This document shows, one piece after another, positions 12,621 to 25,456 of a stretch of 64,000 nucleotides of DNA; the first letter of the stretch is position 1; every line of letters starts with the position of its first letter. Source of the stretch: Eledone cirrhosa. Lineage: Eukaryota. The notes beneath the pieces were generated by a model that worked only from the letters and a program-made list of their open reading frames with translations, did not search any database and was not told where the DNA came from. The translations under genes and the position numbers were made by a program. The stretch lies in NCBI GenBank assembly GCA_964016885.1, contig OZ024744.1, positions 33,914,001-33,978,000 of the forward strand. Direction: 5' to 3'.

Positions 12621-12984
12621 GGAAGACATATTAGGGTAGGAGTATGATGGCTGTCCTCAGACGCAAGGCTTAATATTGCTGAAAAACACACACCTTATAA
12701 TTAATTCAACTGAAAACAGTTAATCCTCTATATAGTAGCAAACATTAAATTTAATTTTAGTCTATAAAAATGACTTATATAATATAGAAGGGGGAGCACT
12801 AAATATTGATTGTGCAGAATATTCTCCATTTTCTGACTCAATATGTAAATAGCAATGGCTGTTTGATTTATAATCAATCGTCTTTCAACAATCACCCCGT
12901 GGGGAGCACGATCAATGTCTTCCTCGGTGGTGGTAGTTGCAGGACATCCACATATTGGGTCAGTTTCGAAACACTAAAGCCATC

Positions 12985-13165
12985 TGCTGTTCTAGCCTGT
13001 GGCGTTCGAGACGTTTGGGGAAGTTGGGCCGCTGACTGCGAGATTCTTGTCATCACTGGCGGTTCACCTAATAGATATAACTTGTGATGCTCTTGAAGGC
13101 GCTTGGCTGTTCTAGCGCATCAGCCTCGCCATCACCCGAGCTAACGCTGCAATCATGCTTGCCTC
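12985..13165 (+). mobile_element. CRE-like non-LTR C-terminal fragment
   Basis: PVAFETFGEVGP...AWLF*RISLAITRANA. Confidence 0.65.
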
Positions 13166-13815
13166 AAAAATTATTAAAGAGGTTTTCTGGCAGGGAGGGG
13201 GGTTCGTTTGTCCACCTCTTTTGCTTGCCTTTTGCTATATGTGGTCCTAGATGTGTGTATTACCTGCTTGTGTTTTTATTTTATTTTATTTTTACCTTTT
13301 CTTTTATTTTTGTAATATTATTTTTACAATTTGTAATGTTATTTATACATTTGTAAATAACTTCCAGTTTAGAAATAACGTTAGTTCATTAACTTCAATA
13401 TTTATGATGAACAGATTGAACAGAGATTTAAATTAGAAATAGCAGACACGGTATGTGTAAAATAAATAATATAAACAAGTGAATTTATTTTTAAATCACA
13501 TATTAATACAGGAAAAATTATGTTATAGAATCTATTGAATAAAAACAAAAACAGAATCTCAAGTGAAATGTTGTTTGTTTTTGAAGTGTGAAATATGAGA
13601 TGAAAATGAAAGTTTTATCTGTCTGACAAATTTTGCCTCAATTGGAAAACTTATTACTATTACTACTACTACTACTACTACTACTTGTTGCTGTTTGTTA
13701 GTGTTGTTTCTTAGAGAGAGAGAAAGCTATTTATATAGACAGAGTGAGAGAGAGAAATAGGTAGACAGAGAGTGTTAATTCTTGCTTCAGCCCAGCTTAC
13801 CTAATGTCTACACAG

Positions 13816-13816
<1 letters not shown>

Positions 13817-13875
<59 letters not shown>

Positions 13876-13888
13876 ACACCCACACCCA

Positions 13889-13951
<63 letters not shown>

Positions 13952-13977
13952 ACACACACACACACACGCACGCACAC

Positions 13978-14027
<50 letters not shown>
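13817..14027. repeat. (CA)n microsatellite
   Basis: Direct reading. Confidence 0.98.
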
Positions 14028-14035
<8 letters not shown>

Positions 14036-14696
14036 TTATATTTTCCCCTCCGCTGTGACCTGTCTGTTTCTTTCTTACTGCTTCCTCTTTCTCTGTATCT
14101 CTCACCTTCTTTTTACCCCCTCTGCCAGTCACTCTCTCTCAGCTGGCCTCTTCCTCACAATTTCACTCACTCACTCTCTGCTACTTTCCCTCTCTCACTT
14201 CCTCCCGGTTGACCTGTGTGAAATCCTTTTCTCGCTCACATCTCACCCAGGTCGGATGGTATGTATCTCTCGTCTATGATTTCACAGAACTTAAGTTCAC
14301 AGATATCACGGACTTGTTTCTCCTCTTCCTATCTTTCCGTTGCATTACCATCTCTGTTTGTTTACATGTCTCGCTCGCTTCACCCTATTTTACGTGTCCC
14401 AATAACTTTTTTTTAGTTATTGCTCGCACCAACCAGAAGTATATGATCTTTAATGCGAAGAAATACCAATGACGGTTGGAAGATCACTGATGAAGGACTA
14501 ATTTTATTCATATGTACCCCATTTGAAACAACGCAGCACGTAATTTTCCATATATATATAACTATCTCTCTATAAATATATGTAAAGAGGTTAATATCCC
14601 CACAGTTACTATGTACCCATGGAAATATATAGGGTGTCTATGATACAGTAGTTGTTCCATGGTATTAATTTGACATACCAGAACTATAAAATTGAG

Positions 14697-14848
14697 ATAA
14701 GCGGAGCAAGCAAGATTCAAACAATTCTTTAAAATAAATTAAAAAGTCTCATTTAAATATTTACCTATTCCAATTGCTTTTACCGAACGGTTTCACTTCA
14801 CAAAAGATTGGAGTATTTTAAAGAATTGTTTGAATCTTGCTTGCTCCG

Positions 14849-14854
<6 letters not shown>
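14697..14854. repeat. Fold-back with ~40-bp arms next to (TA)n
   Basis: ataagcggagcaagcaagattcaaacaattctttaaaata and its reverse complement. The spacer has minus-strand GAAA-CCGuuCGG-UA. Confidence 0.8.
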
Positions 14855-14906
<52 letters not shown>

Positions 14907-15550
14907 TACGTTTATATAATTGTGTGTGAGAGAAAGTTTATTATAAAGAGATAGTTAAAGAAAGAAATATAGCGAGAGCTCACTACTGCGACTACATAAA
15001 TATCTCCTCCAACTAGTCATATGCACCTACCTACATATATACATCCGTATATACATACATATATAATACTTTTATCTTAATCAGTCCGACTGTTTCTCGC
15101 TCTCTCACTCTCTCACCCCATCTCTCTCTCTCTCTCTCTTACACACATACATATTTTTATACATATATAAGGTGTCAATAAACATGTATACACACATTGA
15201 TTACCTGTACTGGTAATATTTATTAGAATGCTGTTGAAGTGTGTATACATTTTGGGGGGATGCCCTGTATTTATTACATGAATTACTTTGTATATATATA
15301 TATATATATATCTGTGTGTGTGTGTGTGTGTGAGTTTGTGTGTATGTATGTAGCGAGAGTTGACTATATACATATGTATATATTTATATGTATATATGTA
15401 TATATATATATGTATATATATATATATAGAACTCGTCCATGTATCTCGGGAATTTTACCTGCCCTATATATATATATAAAGAAAAAGAAATGAAATCGAA
15501 AATGCAACTGAAGTCTTATTTTTTTAAAAAATATATATATTTATTTGGTT

Positions 15551-15588
15551 CCTTTACCGGTTTCGCAGTTCTTCTGATTTTCAAAAGG
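15551..15588 (-). ncRNA. Minimal hammerhead, U3:A8 variant
   Basis: CCUU-UUGAAAA-uCAG(aagaa)CUGc-GAAA-CCGG-UA-AAGG, followed by AATAAA. Confidence 0.7.
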
Positions 15589-15621
15589 TGAGTTGAGATG
15601 GAGGGTCTGTGGTTTTTCTCA

Positions 15622-15653
<32 letters not shown>

Positions 15654-15658
<5 letters not shown>

Positions 15659-17510
15659 AAGATGAATATAAAATGAAAGTGCTTTTATAAAGGAATTTAT
15701 TAGGTATTGACATATGTTTCTGTAACAGACGGAATACCTATGTATCGCTGCTTGCGTAATCATATAATGTTAGCAAGTATTCGATAGCAAATATATAATC
15801 AGTTGTCACTTCTTCAGAGATATTGGATAAATTGGAAAAAATCAGAAAAATCAAAGTATTTATATTAGTTGTAAGAAAGGAAGAAGAGAAGGGATAGTAT
15901 ATGACAGATGGCAATTCAATTTGCTGGTAAACAAGTATATAGGAGGTTTTTAATGAGAATACAATGAGTATATGGCTTATTTTATCTAAATAAGAATTTT
16001 TGTGAGTCCCTATTTTAATCTATATTTGACCAATTGAACAATGGACAGTGCTGGTCGTTTGGTGTAGTAGTATTAATACAGCTATAATGTGTCAAGTAAG
16101 GAAGAGAGATTTTCACTGCTACTGTATAACAACAATGCTGGTAGCCTGCTGGTATATGCATTAGGGAATTGAATTAAGAATTCTCATTTTATCTATAGCA
16201 GTTTATATTAAATCGTAAAGAATAGAAGAGTTGATACTAATAGAGAATGTTAATATGTATTTTGACAATCAAACGGAGATGGAGACAGGCGTTCAATCCT
16301 GGTAGCGTTTGTAATATGAAAATGTAGATTTCAAGCGATGGTTACAGTATAACGATCGCTCTATTCTGTTATTTAATAAAATATTTTTGGATTTCATAAT
16401 ACAAAATATTTCCATATACACAATTTACAAAATTCCTGTCCTTGGAAATATGCAGGGGCACGCTATTATATCCCATTTTAGGTTAAATTGTTGGTTATTT
16501 TCGTGCAGCTGCCAAGCCTTGTCTGCGAGTGTTGTTACATAACGCTGGTTTTCATGTTTTATCGAGTAACGATGTCTATAAAGGCGAGATTTGAAGGAGG
16601 TAGCTTTAGACCCCACATAGTACCACTTCAGGCTACCCGATTCGATAGTACATTTGTATATGATGTTGCGTTCAAGACACTGGTTGTTCAACGGACACAT
16701 TCCTGGTTGGACACAGTTACAATTATAATTATGCGTTGTTGTATTACCATGGATGGGTTGATGAGGTTGCAGGATTGAACGCCTGTCTCCATCTCCGTTT
16801 GATTGTCAAAATACATATTAACATTCTCTATTAGTCTTAATTCTATCAACTCTTCTATTCTTTACCATTTAATATAAACTGCTATAGATAAAATGAGATT
16901 TCTTAATTCAATTCCCTAATGCATATACCAGCACGCTACCAGCATTGTTGTTATACAGTAGCAGTGAAAATCTCTTTCTTCCTTACTTGACACTTTATAT
17001 CTGTATTAATACTACTACACCAAACGCCCAGCCCTGTCCATTGTTCAATTGGTCAAATATAGATTAAAATAGGGACTCCCAAAAATTCTTATTTAGATAA
17101 AATAAGCCATATACTCATTGTATTCTCATTAAAAACCTTCTATATACTTGTTTACCAGCAAATTGAATTGCCATCTCTCATATACTATCCCTTCTCTTCT
17201 TCCTTTCTTACAACTAATATAAATACATTGATTTTTCTGATTTTTTCCAATTTATCCAATACCTCTGAAGAAGTGACAACTGATTGTATATTTGCTATCG
17301 AATACTTGCTAACATTATATGATTACGCAAACAGCGATACATAGGTATTCCGTCTGTTACAGAAACATATGTCAATACCTAATAAATTCCTTTATAAAAG
17401 CACTTTCATTTTATATTCATCTTTTCTACATTTTCTCCGGAATATAATTTATACTCGTTGAGCAAACCTACACGTACGCTGTTTATCTCTAACGTGACGA
17501 TATATTATCA
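15654..17510 (-). mobile_element. Penelope-like element with inverted pseudo-LTRs
   Basis: 15654-16301 is the near-identical reverse complement of ~16770-17428. The enclosed minus-strand ORF 16425..16700 reads CPLNNQCLERNIIYKC...YYVGS..TSFKSRLYRH (GIY-YIG). Confidence 0.88.
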
Positions 17511-17583
17511 CTACATTATTGATAACTTGAAATTTTATATATATATATTTAAAAAAATAGAGGTGTAACACACGAGTTGTGAT

Positions 17584-17984
17584 ATATTAGTAAAAAGGAA
17601 AAGAAAATGCTGACAAATTTTTCCCAGTGAAAAATAGTTTAATTAGGAATAAGTATAAATTAGTAATAAGTATTGGTTAGTATTCAGTTTTAGTTTTAAG
17701 TTTTTACCGGTTGCGCATTTCTAATGCTTTTCAAAAATGATTTTGAGATAGAGCGCTCGTGATGTTTGCTCTAATCGTGACGTTTGCTCTCAGATTAGAG
17801 CAAACATCACGAGCGCTCTATCTCAAAATCATTTTTAAAAAGCATTAGAAATGCCCAACCGGTAAAAACTTAAAACTAAAACTGAATACTAACCAATACT
17901 TATTACTAATTACTAATTTATATTTATTCCTAATTAAAGTATTTTTCACTGGGAAAAATTTGTCAGCATTTTCTTTTCCTTTTA

Positions 17985-17991
<7 letters not shown>
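17584..17991. repeat. ~195-bp-arm fold-back containing a variant HHR
   Basis: Arms at 17584-17776 and 17793-17991. Minus strand 17701-17737 reads UUGAAAA-GCAUU(ag)AAAUGC-GCAA-CCGG-UA. Confidence 0.85.
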
Positions 17992-18028
<37 letters not shown>

Positions 18029-18223
18029 AAAAAGTATGACTCCGAGGGCAGAGCTCAAGCCATTTCGACGGCTATTTATATATTGCCTTTCCAGTTTCAC
18101 CATCTTTTTGGCTTGTATATATATATATATATATTTATTAATGCTCTACGGTTCTTATATATTTGATATATATTTATCCTTATCGAGCCCTCTTTGGATT
18201 TTAGTCTTCAAATTTATTATTAT

Positions 18224-18262
<39 letters not shown>

Positions 18263-18489
18263 AGATTTGCATATGATAAAAAAAAAGGTGTGTTAAATGA
18301 GTGTGTGTCTCTATAAGTATGTATGTATACGTAATTTCCTGTATGGATTAGCGATGTATATTTGTGTATTCGCGTGTGTACTCGTGTGTGAAAGAAAAGC
18401 CGTTAGAGTAGCGGTGTGTTTACACAACACTTTAATTTTCTATATTATGAGAAGAAGCTGTGTATGAGACGGGACGGACGGAGGCTCCG

Positions 18490-21400
18490 TAAGGCGTAGT
18501 GTAGGCCACCCGTCTAGGAGAGCTACCACTCCGAAGAAATTGGTGTGGGGTAAAGAAGTCCCCTAAATCCAGTAAGACACATCCCCTGGTGCTGGTGGCA
18601 CGAATAAAAGCACCCAGTCCATGCTGTAAAGTGCTGCTTGTGTTATGAAGGGCATGCAACCAGTATATATACTACTGCCAAAAATTAAGAGCACAACAAA
18701 TGAGAATTGCAATAACTGCGTAAACAGCAACAGTACTAACCATATTAGGGCTGCGCATGGTTGTGGAGTGGCTGGTGCGACCATGTGCGAGAACCCCCCG
18801 ACCGTCATCAAGCAATTGCACAACAAGAACAAGAATATGAAAGCGTCAAATCTCAGAGTTTCCACACTTAATGTTGGCACCCTAACAAGTAGATCTGGTG
18901 AGATAGTGGAGATGCTGGAGAGAAGACATATGGATGTGTGCTGCGTGTAAGTGGTGAGACGGAGAGGTTTCTCTGCAAGACTAGCCGCTGGCAAACATAT
19001 AAGTTATAAGCTTTTCTTTCTAGGTAATGATGATGGGTTAGGTGGGGTAGGCATATTACTGGCTGAGAGATGGATCTATAAGACAATAGAGGTAGTTAGA
19101 GTTAGTGATAGAATGATTAAGATTAGATTAGTTGTAGGCAAGAGACTGCTGACAATCATCTCTACCTATGCTCCTCAGGCGGGCCTAGGTAAAGAAGAGA
19201 AAGACTGCTTTTTCAAGAAACTTTTAGAAACAGCCAGAATGGCAGAGCATAGAGACATCGTTATGCTATCAGGGGATTTCAATGGTCATGTTGGACAGCT
19301 CCAGGATGGATACACTGGGGTACATGGTGGGCACGGTTATGGTTCAACGAAGAAAGAGTGAGGCTTCTTGAATTTTGTTATGCAAATGCACTAACCATTT
19401 GCAACACTAGCTTCAAGAAACCTACCAACCACCTAATAACCTACAAATCAGGCGAGCACATAAGCTAGATTGACGTCTTGCTAGTTAGGCAGCGTGAGAG
19501 ACAGATGGTGTCAAATACTAAGGCATACCTTGGGGAAGAATGTACACCACAGCATAGGTTAGTCGTTAGTGACATCTCAATAAGCATGAGAAAGAATGAG
19601 ACATAAACGGAAGGTCTGGAAGCTTTTCACTAAAATATAAATTTAGAAAAGCCCTTCAAGATGTGTATTACGTGAAAGAAGACTATTTAGAATCATATGA
19701 GATAGATGATAACTGGAATTTCTTACGTGACAACTTAGGCTACTGAAGAAATTTGTGGCTGGAGCAGAACTCCAACCAGACAGTGACCTGGTGGTGGAAC
19801 ATCATGGTAGATAGGGCCATTAGAGACAAAAGACTAGCATGGAACGCTTGGAAAAATGGTGGGAGTAGAGACCGATACACAGCCGCTAAGAGAGAAGCTA
19901 GACGTCAGGTGCACTTAGCACGCAGGGAGGCTGAGAGTAGGAGGTTTGCCAATGTCCTGCGACGGGATGATCAGAGACATGCGGTGTTCAGCAGTGCAAG
20001 GTAGTGTGTCAGTGTAAATCAGATGGAGATAAATGTCTCGGAAATGATGCTGGTGTGCTTAGTGTCACGACTAATCAGAAAAAGGAGGCCTGGAAATATC
20101 ACTATGAGAGACTGATGAATGTGGAGAACGAATGGGACAGAGAGAAACTACCCCCAGTAAACCCGACAGAGGGACCAGCTATTGAGATTGACGAATATAG
20201 GGCCCAAGAGGCAATTAAGGAAATGAAAAATGGTAAGGCCGCTGGACCGTCGGGGATAGTTGCTGAGATGTTGAAGGCATCAGAAGAAGTAGGTACTAAA
20301 CTGGTTGCACACATCGTCAATCAAGCTATATATGGCGCAGTCATACCCAAAGACTGGTGCTGCAGTATTCTCATAAATTGCTACAAAGGTAAAGGGGAGG
20401 CTCTGGGGAGGAGCAATTATAGGGGTATAAAACTGATGGATCAGGTTATGAAAGTGGCAGAAAGAATATTAGCACTCAATTAGAGATGAGATGCAGTTTG
20501 GTTTTATGCCTGGGAAAAGTACAGCAGATGCTCTCTTCTTAGTGAGACAACTACAAGAGAGGTTCTTAGAGAAGAATAAGCCATTATACTTAGCTTTTAT
20601 TGACCTAGAGAAGCCCTTTGATAGGGTACCCCGATCAGTCATCTGGTGGTCCCTCTACTAGGTGTAGAGGAATGGCTTGTGAGGACAGTGCAAGATATGT
20701 ACAGAGGTGCTGTCAGTAAAGTGAGGGTAGGAATGGAGTTTAGTGAGGAATTCCAGATACAAGTAGGAGTACATCAGGATTCGGTCCTCAGCCCGCTCTT
20801 GTTCATTATAATCCTCCACGCTATAACAGAGGATTTTAAGACTGGCTGCCCATGGGAACTTCTCTATGCTGACGATCTGCTTCTTATATCAGAATCAGTA
20901 GAGGGGCTAGAGAATAAATTCTGGCTATGGAAACAGCAGTTGGAATCAAGAGGACTGAGAGTGAACCTAGCTAAGACAAAAGTGTTGATAAGTGGAAAAG
21001 AGGACAAAACTCTGATTCCGTCAGGGAAATGGCCATATTCGATATGCAGAAAAGGAACTGGCATAAATTCTATAAAATGTACTCAATGAAGATCTTGGGT
21101 ACACAAGAGATGTAGTGGGATAGCAGGCAAACTAACAGGCAGGGAAAACTACGTATGCAGTAGATGTACAGGGAAATTTGACAGTAGGTGTCGCAGTCAC
21201 ATTTTTCAAATGCAGGTAAGTTGTATAGAAGTGGTTGATAGCTTCCGGTACCTAGGTGATCAGATTAGCATGGGAGGAGGGTGTTCCGAGGCCATAGTAT
21301 CTAGAATAAGGACGGGTTGGAAGAAGTTTAGAGAGCTGCTTCCTCTGTTGACAAAGAAGGGTTTCTCCCTGCGTACGAAAGGCCGGTTATATGATGCCTG

Positions 21401-21830
21401 TGTGAGATGCGCGATGCTGCATGGTAGTGAGACATGGGCAGCAACTGCAGAGGATATGCGACGGCTGGAGAGAAATGAAGCAAGCATGCTCTGTTGGATG
21501 TGCAATGTCAATGTGCGTGAATGACCGAGCATGGATGTGTTGAGAGAGAAACTGTGTATAAGAGGGATAAGTTGTAGTGTGCGGGAGAGACGGTTGAGTT
21601 GGTATGGACATGTGATGCGCATGGAGGATGACTGCTGGGTAAAGAAGTACCAAGAAATCCCAGTAGAAGGAAGACGCAATAGAGGAAAACCAGGAAAAAC
21701 ATGGGCGGAGGTGGTGAGAGCAGACCTCGGATCGCAGACGCTCACGGGGTAGATGACGAAGGACCGTGCCAAGTGGAGAGATGCTGTGCTGAATAGGACC
21801 TGTATCGATCTGACCTGACTCTGTAATCCG
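18490..21830 (+). mobile_element. Near full-length decayed RTE-clade LINE (APE endonuclease, RT, PHD-like finger)
   Basis: TLNVGTL, YAPQAG and GDFNGHVG (APE); GKAAGPSG, FIDLEKPFDRVP, VHQDSVLSPLLF and LLYADDL (RT); LHGSETW and WYGHVMRM. Many stops and frameshifts. Confidence 0.93.
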
Positions 21831-22034
21831 TGGCTAGTTAGACCCCTTCTACACCTCGAAACTGAAGTGAACCTAAACATCGAGTGCTCATCCGGGTGAA
21901 CCTACAGTAACTACAAGTTACACACCCTGGATGTATATATATATAATTATGGATGTATATATAGAATAGAAAGCACTAGGAACAAGGCTAATAGAATAAA
22001 CTCATGGTATGATAGCAATAAATACCAGAGTGTA

Positions 22035-22568
22035 ATGTTCATCGATACAACCCCTAGAGGTGAATTAGCTTACAAATTTAAAAGGGCCCTAGATAAACAT
22101 AAACTCAATATTAAGATAGTAGAAAGACCAGGTACCTCCGTAAAAACACTTATTAGCAAGACATACCCTTTTCAAAGACCCTCATGTATAGATAAGAAAT
22201 GTATAACCTGTAAAATAAGCCCCCATATTAACTGTAAAACTAGAAATGTAGTATATAGCATAAGATGTACTGAAGGACAATGTAGAGACAAAAATATAGT
22301 GTACATAGGTGAGACAGCTCGTAGTGTAGGGGAACGGATAAATGAACACTGGCGAGACCTTCAAGATAGTAGAGAATCATCTGTACTCTACCAACATGCT
22401 AAAATAGAACACAAGGGTAAATTAGAGAACATAGAAATAAAAATAGAATCTACACACAGAAAAGACGCAATGTTTAGACAAATCACAGAGGCAATAAACA
22501 TAAAAGAATTACAACCAAAATTAAATAGTAAATATGAGTGGAACAGCAACATCACAACTTACAATTAA
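22035..22568 (+). CDS. PLE ORF C-terminus: Cys linker plus GIY-YIG endonuclease (5'-truncated but uninterrupted)
   Basis: C...KCITC...NCKTRNVVYSIRC....C...VYIGETARSVGERINEH...RQITEAINI....PKLN. Confidence 0.85.
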   Translation: MFIDTTPRGELAYKFKRALDKHKLNIKIVERPGTSVKTLISKTYPFQRPSCIDKKCITCKISPHINCKTRNVVYSIRCTEGQCRDKNIVYIGETARSVGERINEHWRDLQDSRESSVLYQHAKIEHKGKLENIEIKIESTHRKDAMFRQITEAINIKELQPKLNSKYEWNSNITTYN

Positions 22569-22769
22569 GGACAAAATGAAAACACACACACACATAGAAC
22601 AAACAACCAACCAGTAACATGTAAATAAACAAATAAATAAATGAACATAAACACACACAGACACCCGGATGTGGCGCATGCGCAGACTGAGCACACAACA
22701 CACACACAGAAACAAAATGGCGTAGGACAGAACAAAGGAGAGGCACAAAAACAAAGAAAGGAATCCCCA

Positions 22770-22812
22770 GTCACTGAAGAGGTCACAGAGTGTGTGACGA
22801 AAGAACTATGAC
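22770..22812 (+). ncRNA. Minimal type I hammerhead ribozyme of a PLE
   Basis: GUCA-CUGAAGA-G-GUCAC(agagugu)GUGAC-GAAA-GAAC-UA-UGAC. Confidence 0.75.
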
Positions 22813-23502
22813 AATATATAAACAACAACAACAAACAACTATCTGGTTGTGAAACCAACCAACCAACCAGAAATTTATAAATTTATTATAAATTTATTAT
22901 AATAAATTGAAGTGAAAACAACTGGTGCGTGTGTTTCTTATTGGCAACATGACCCTCCCAAATTATAACAATATCGGTTTCAACACACGATTTCAGATAA
23001 AGAATCTTGCTAAACAAATTCAGAAACGAAATATATATATATAATTATCTCCAAATTATTTTGTCGAGCAAAAATTGGCCAAAACTGCTACTATAGTAAC
23101 GGTCCGGCTGCTGTCTTCTTAACAAACCACTCTTCACTGATTGACCTCGATGTCACGTGACTGATTCTTTTGAATTTGCCACCGACGCAGTAGGCAGTGA
23201 TTTTTTCAATGGCTTGAAAATTTAGTCCACGCTTTGCTTTTTTCCATCTACTGAATTATTTTTGTATAAGTTCCCTGTGTCCACGTATTGCCTGGAAACT
23301 TAGCTGAGAATAGACTTCCCTGATGACGAAAGGCTTCTCCGTACGTTTCTTCGGAAACTATATTTATTCCCTTTCAGAAACTAATTAGTTGGAGTGAAAT
23401 TTTAGTAAGTAAGTTAATTTTATAATTTTCTTATTTTACGTCTCTCATATATATATATATATATATATAATTGGAGGCTTAGAAAAATCGAATCTTTGGC
23501 GG

Positions 23503-23538
<36 letters not shown>

Positions 23539-23682
23539 TGTATGTATGTATGTATGTATGTATGTATGTATGTATGTATGTATGTATGTATGGTTGTAAA
23601 AGGTAAACAGAAATAACGACACAATCGGTACAGTATATGGAAGGGTTATATTAGATTAACGCTTGATATAGCAGGAAGAGGG

Positions 23683-23718
23683 TCTTAAGGTTTCGGAAGC
23701 AAGTCCTTCATCAGAAGA
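23683..23718 (-). ncRNA. Degenerate hammerhead-like motif
   Basis: CUGAUGA-A-GGA(cuugcu)UCC-GAAA-CCUUAAG. The cleavage site and stem I are not intact. Confidence 0.4.
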
Positions 23719-24113
23719 AAGAATGAGAAATAAGATAAATTGAGGGGACGGGCGGGATGGAATTGGAAAAAATGTCTTTAGATAAAAATAACAGGTCCAT
23801 TTGTTGACATCTCTTGCAAAACTGTTGATGCTGGCGGTTTGTGTATGATTTATTTTTTAGAAAAGTGGATGATGGAGCGCCTGAACCTGAAATGAAAAAA
23901 AAAACTTTTTGTAAAAAGAGCTATACTTGAGCACCTGCGTAAGCATGTGTGTGTGTTTGTTATTATACGTCCGTACGAAGCTAAGAAGAAATGTGTGTAT
24001 ATGTGAGTAACAGAGTGTGTGTGCATGTAAGTACGAAGCTAAGAGCAAAAGTATGTTAATATAAGGGTGTGTATGTGTGTATAGAGAGCAGTGAAGGGAA
24101 AAGTGGAGTGACC

Positions 24114-24300
24114 ATATAACAAAGTGTGGTAAGAAACCAGGTGGACCATAGCGCACCAGAGTATTCGATACTTAGAGTAGTAGAGTGGGTAATAGGAAAA
24201 GAATTCCGGCCGTTTCGACAGCTAGATCAGAACTAAGCTACATCGGATCTAGCTGTCGAAACGGCTGGAGCTCAGCCGTCGGGTTCCTGATTCTTTTCCC
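24114..24300. repeat. Asymmetric fold-back of the 8281 family
   Basis: ccggccgtttcgacagctagatc, 17-nt spacer, gatctagctgtcgaaacggctgg. It ends in (TA)n. Confidence 0.8.
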
Positions 24301-24438
<138 letters not shown>

Positions 24439-24517
24439 ATAAATTAACGGAGCCATAAACTCTCGCTATTCCCTGTCAGTAATGTGCTCAAAGGAGAAGG
24501 AATCCTGAGCTCTTTAT

Positions 24518-25066
24518 AATACAATATGTTGAAAAGGTAACACACTAGAGAGAGAGATAATGTGCCATCAATAAAACAGGGAAAACCACCAGTGTATGGA
24601 ATCTATAGCCCATGGAAGGCAGAGTAGACACACTTATAACAGTCTTTCCACTCTCTCTGTTTGGTTGAGCACACTTCTCTGAGTGGTTTGGGCTGCCCTT
24701 TCTAGCAGCTCGTCCCTCAGAGGTTACTGCCCTAGGCACGCTGTGAATTCTCTCTCCCTCGTGTAGCTGGACGGTCGCTTTAGATTCTCTTAGAGTTGTC
24801 TGAAATGTATAGCCTTACACACACTGATGAACCATGGGCCAATCATTTCTGTCAACAACTTATTTGGCGAAACAGATCTTTTTGGATTTGTACGTGTGTG
24901 TTAGATAGTTATCGAGGTATGTATTTACACTTTAATTTATACTTTTAATTATTGTGTGTCTACTCTGTCTTCCATGGGCTATAGATTCCATACACTGGTG
25001 GTTTTTCCCTGTTTGATTGATGGCGTACTATCTCTCTCTCTAGTGTGTTATCTTTTCAACATATTG

Positions 25067-25071
<5 letters not shown>
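24518..25071. repeat. Inverted-repeat element (arms ~24518-24632 / 24954-25071) enclosing an HHR
   Basis: The arms are diverged reverse complements, flanked by long (TA)n. Confidence 0.85.
24817..24899 (+). ncRNA. Type I hammerhead ribozyme
   Basis: ACACACa-CUGAUGA-aCCA...UGGc-GAAA-CAGAUC(uuuuug)GAUUUG-UA-cGUGUGU. Confidence 0.72.
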
Positions 25072-25140
<69 letters not shown>

Positions 25141-25144
<4 letters not shown>

Positions 25145-25340
25145 CGAAGGAGTTGTGGTACGGAACCAGATGGACCATAACGCACCAGAGTACTCAATAC
25201 TTAGGGTAGTAGAGTGGGTAATAGGAGAAAGTATGACCCCGACGGCATAGCTCAAGCCGTTTTGACGGCTATTTCTGGACATTGATGAACCGCCGTCGAA
25301 ACGGCTTGAGCTCTGCCGTCGGGGTCATACTTTGTCCTAT
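25141..25340. repeat. Asymmetric fold-back of the 8281 family
   Basis: Arms at 25221-25269 and 25292-25340. Contains GAAA-CGGC...GCCG-UC and lies between (TA)n tracts. Confidence 0.8.
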
Positions 25341-25398
25341 ATATATATAAATAAAATAACAGGAGACTGGACTGGTGTAAATCCTTGAAAGGTTTATT

Positions 25399-25456
25399 AT
25401 ACTATGATCATTTCAATGACCGGGTTCCATATGAATCCGGTGATATCATCAGGTAT
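25399..25456 (-). ncRNA. Type I hammerhead ribozyme followed by AATAAA
   Basis: AUAC-CUGAUGA-uAUcACCGG...CCGGUcAUu-GAAA-UGAUCA-UA-GUAU-AAUAAA. Stem III is palindromic. Confidence 0.78.

Larger units (their letters stand above)
21960..22900 (+). mobile_element. Penelope-like element 3' portion
   Basis: GIY-YIG ORF followed by a CA-rich 3' UTR with an HHR. It starts at a TA tract. Confidence 0.88.

Noticed and set aside
13385-13450. Possible 66-nt exon (FINFNIYDEQIEQRFKLEIADT) before gtatgt
   Set aside because: Weak acceptor and no recognisable homology.
21087-21089. In-frame TGA at a Cys position as selenocysteine
   Set aside because: The element has many other stops and frameshifts, so a point mutation is simpler. 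No SECIS was identified.
21260-21880. 206-aa minus-strand ORF (likewise 8776..9375 and 36613..36984)
   Set aside because: These are antisense shadows of TE coding regions.
23308-23370. CTGATGA-CGAA...TTCG-GAAA-CTATA motif
   Set aside because: Stem III, the cleavage site and proximal stem I do not form convincingly; at most a decayed HHR.
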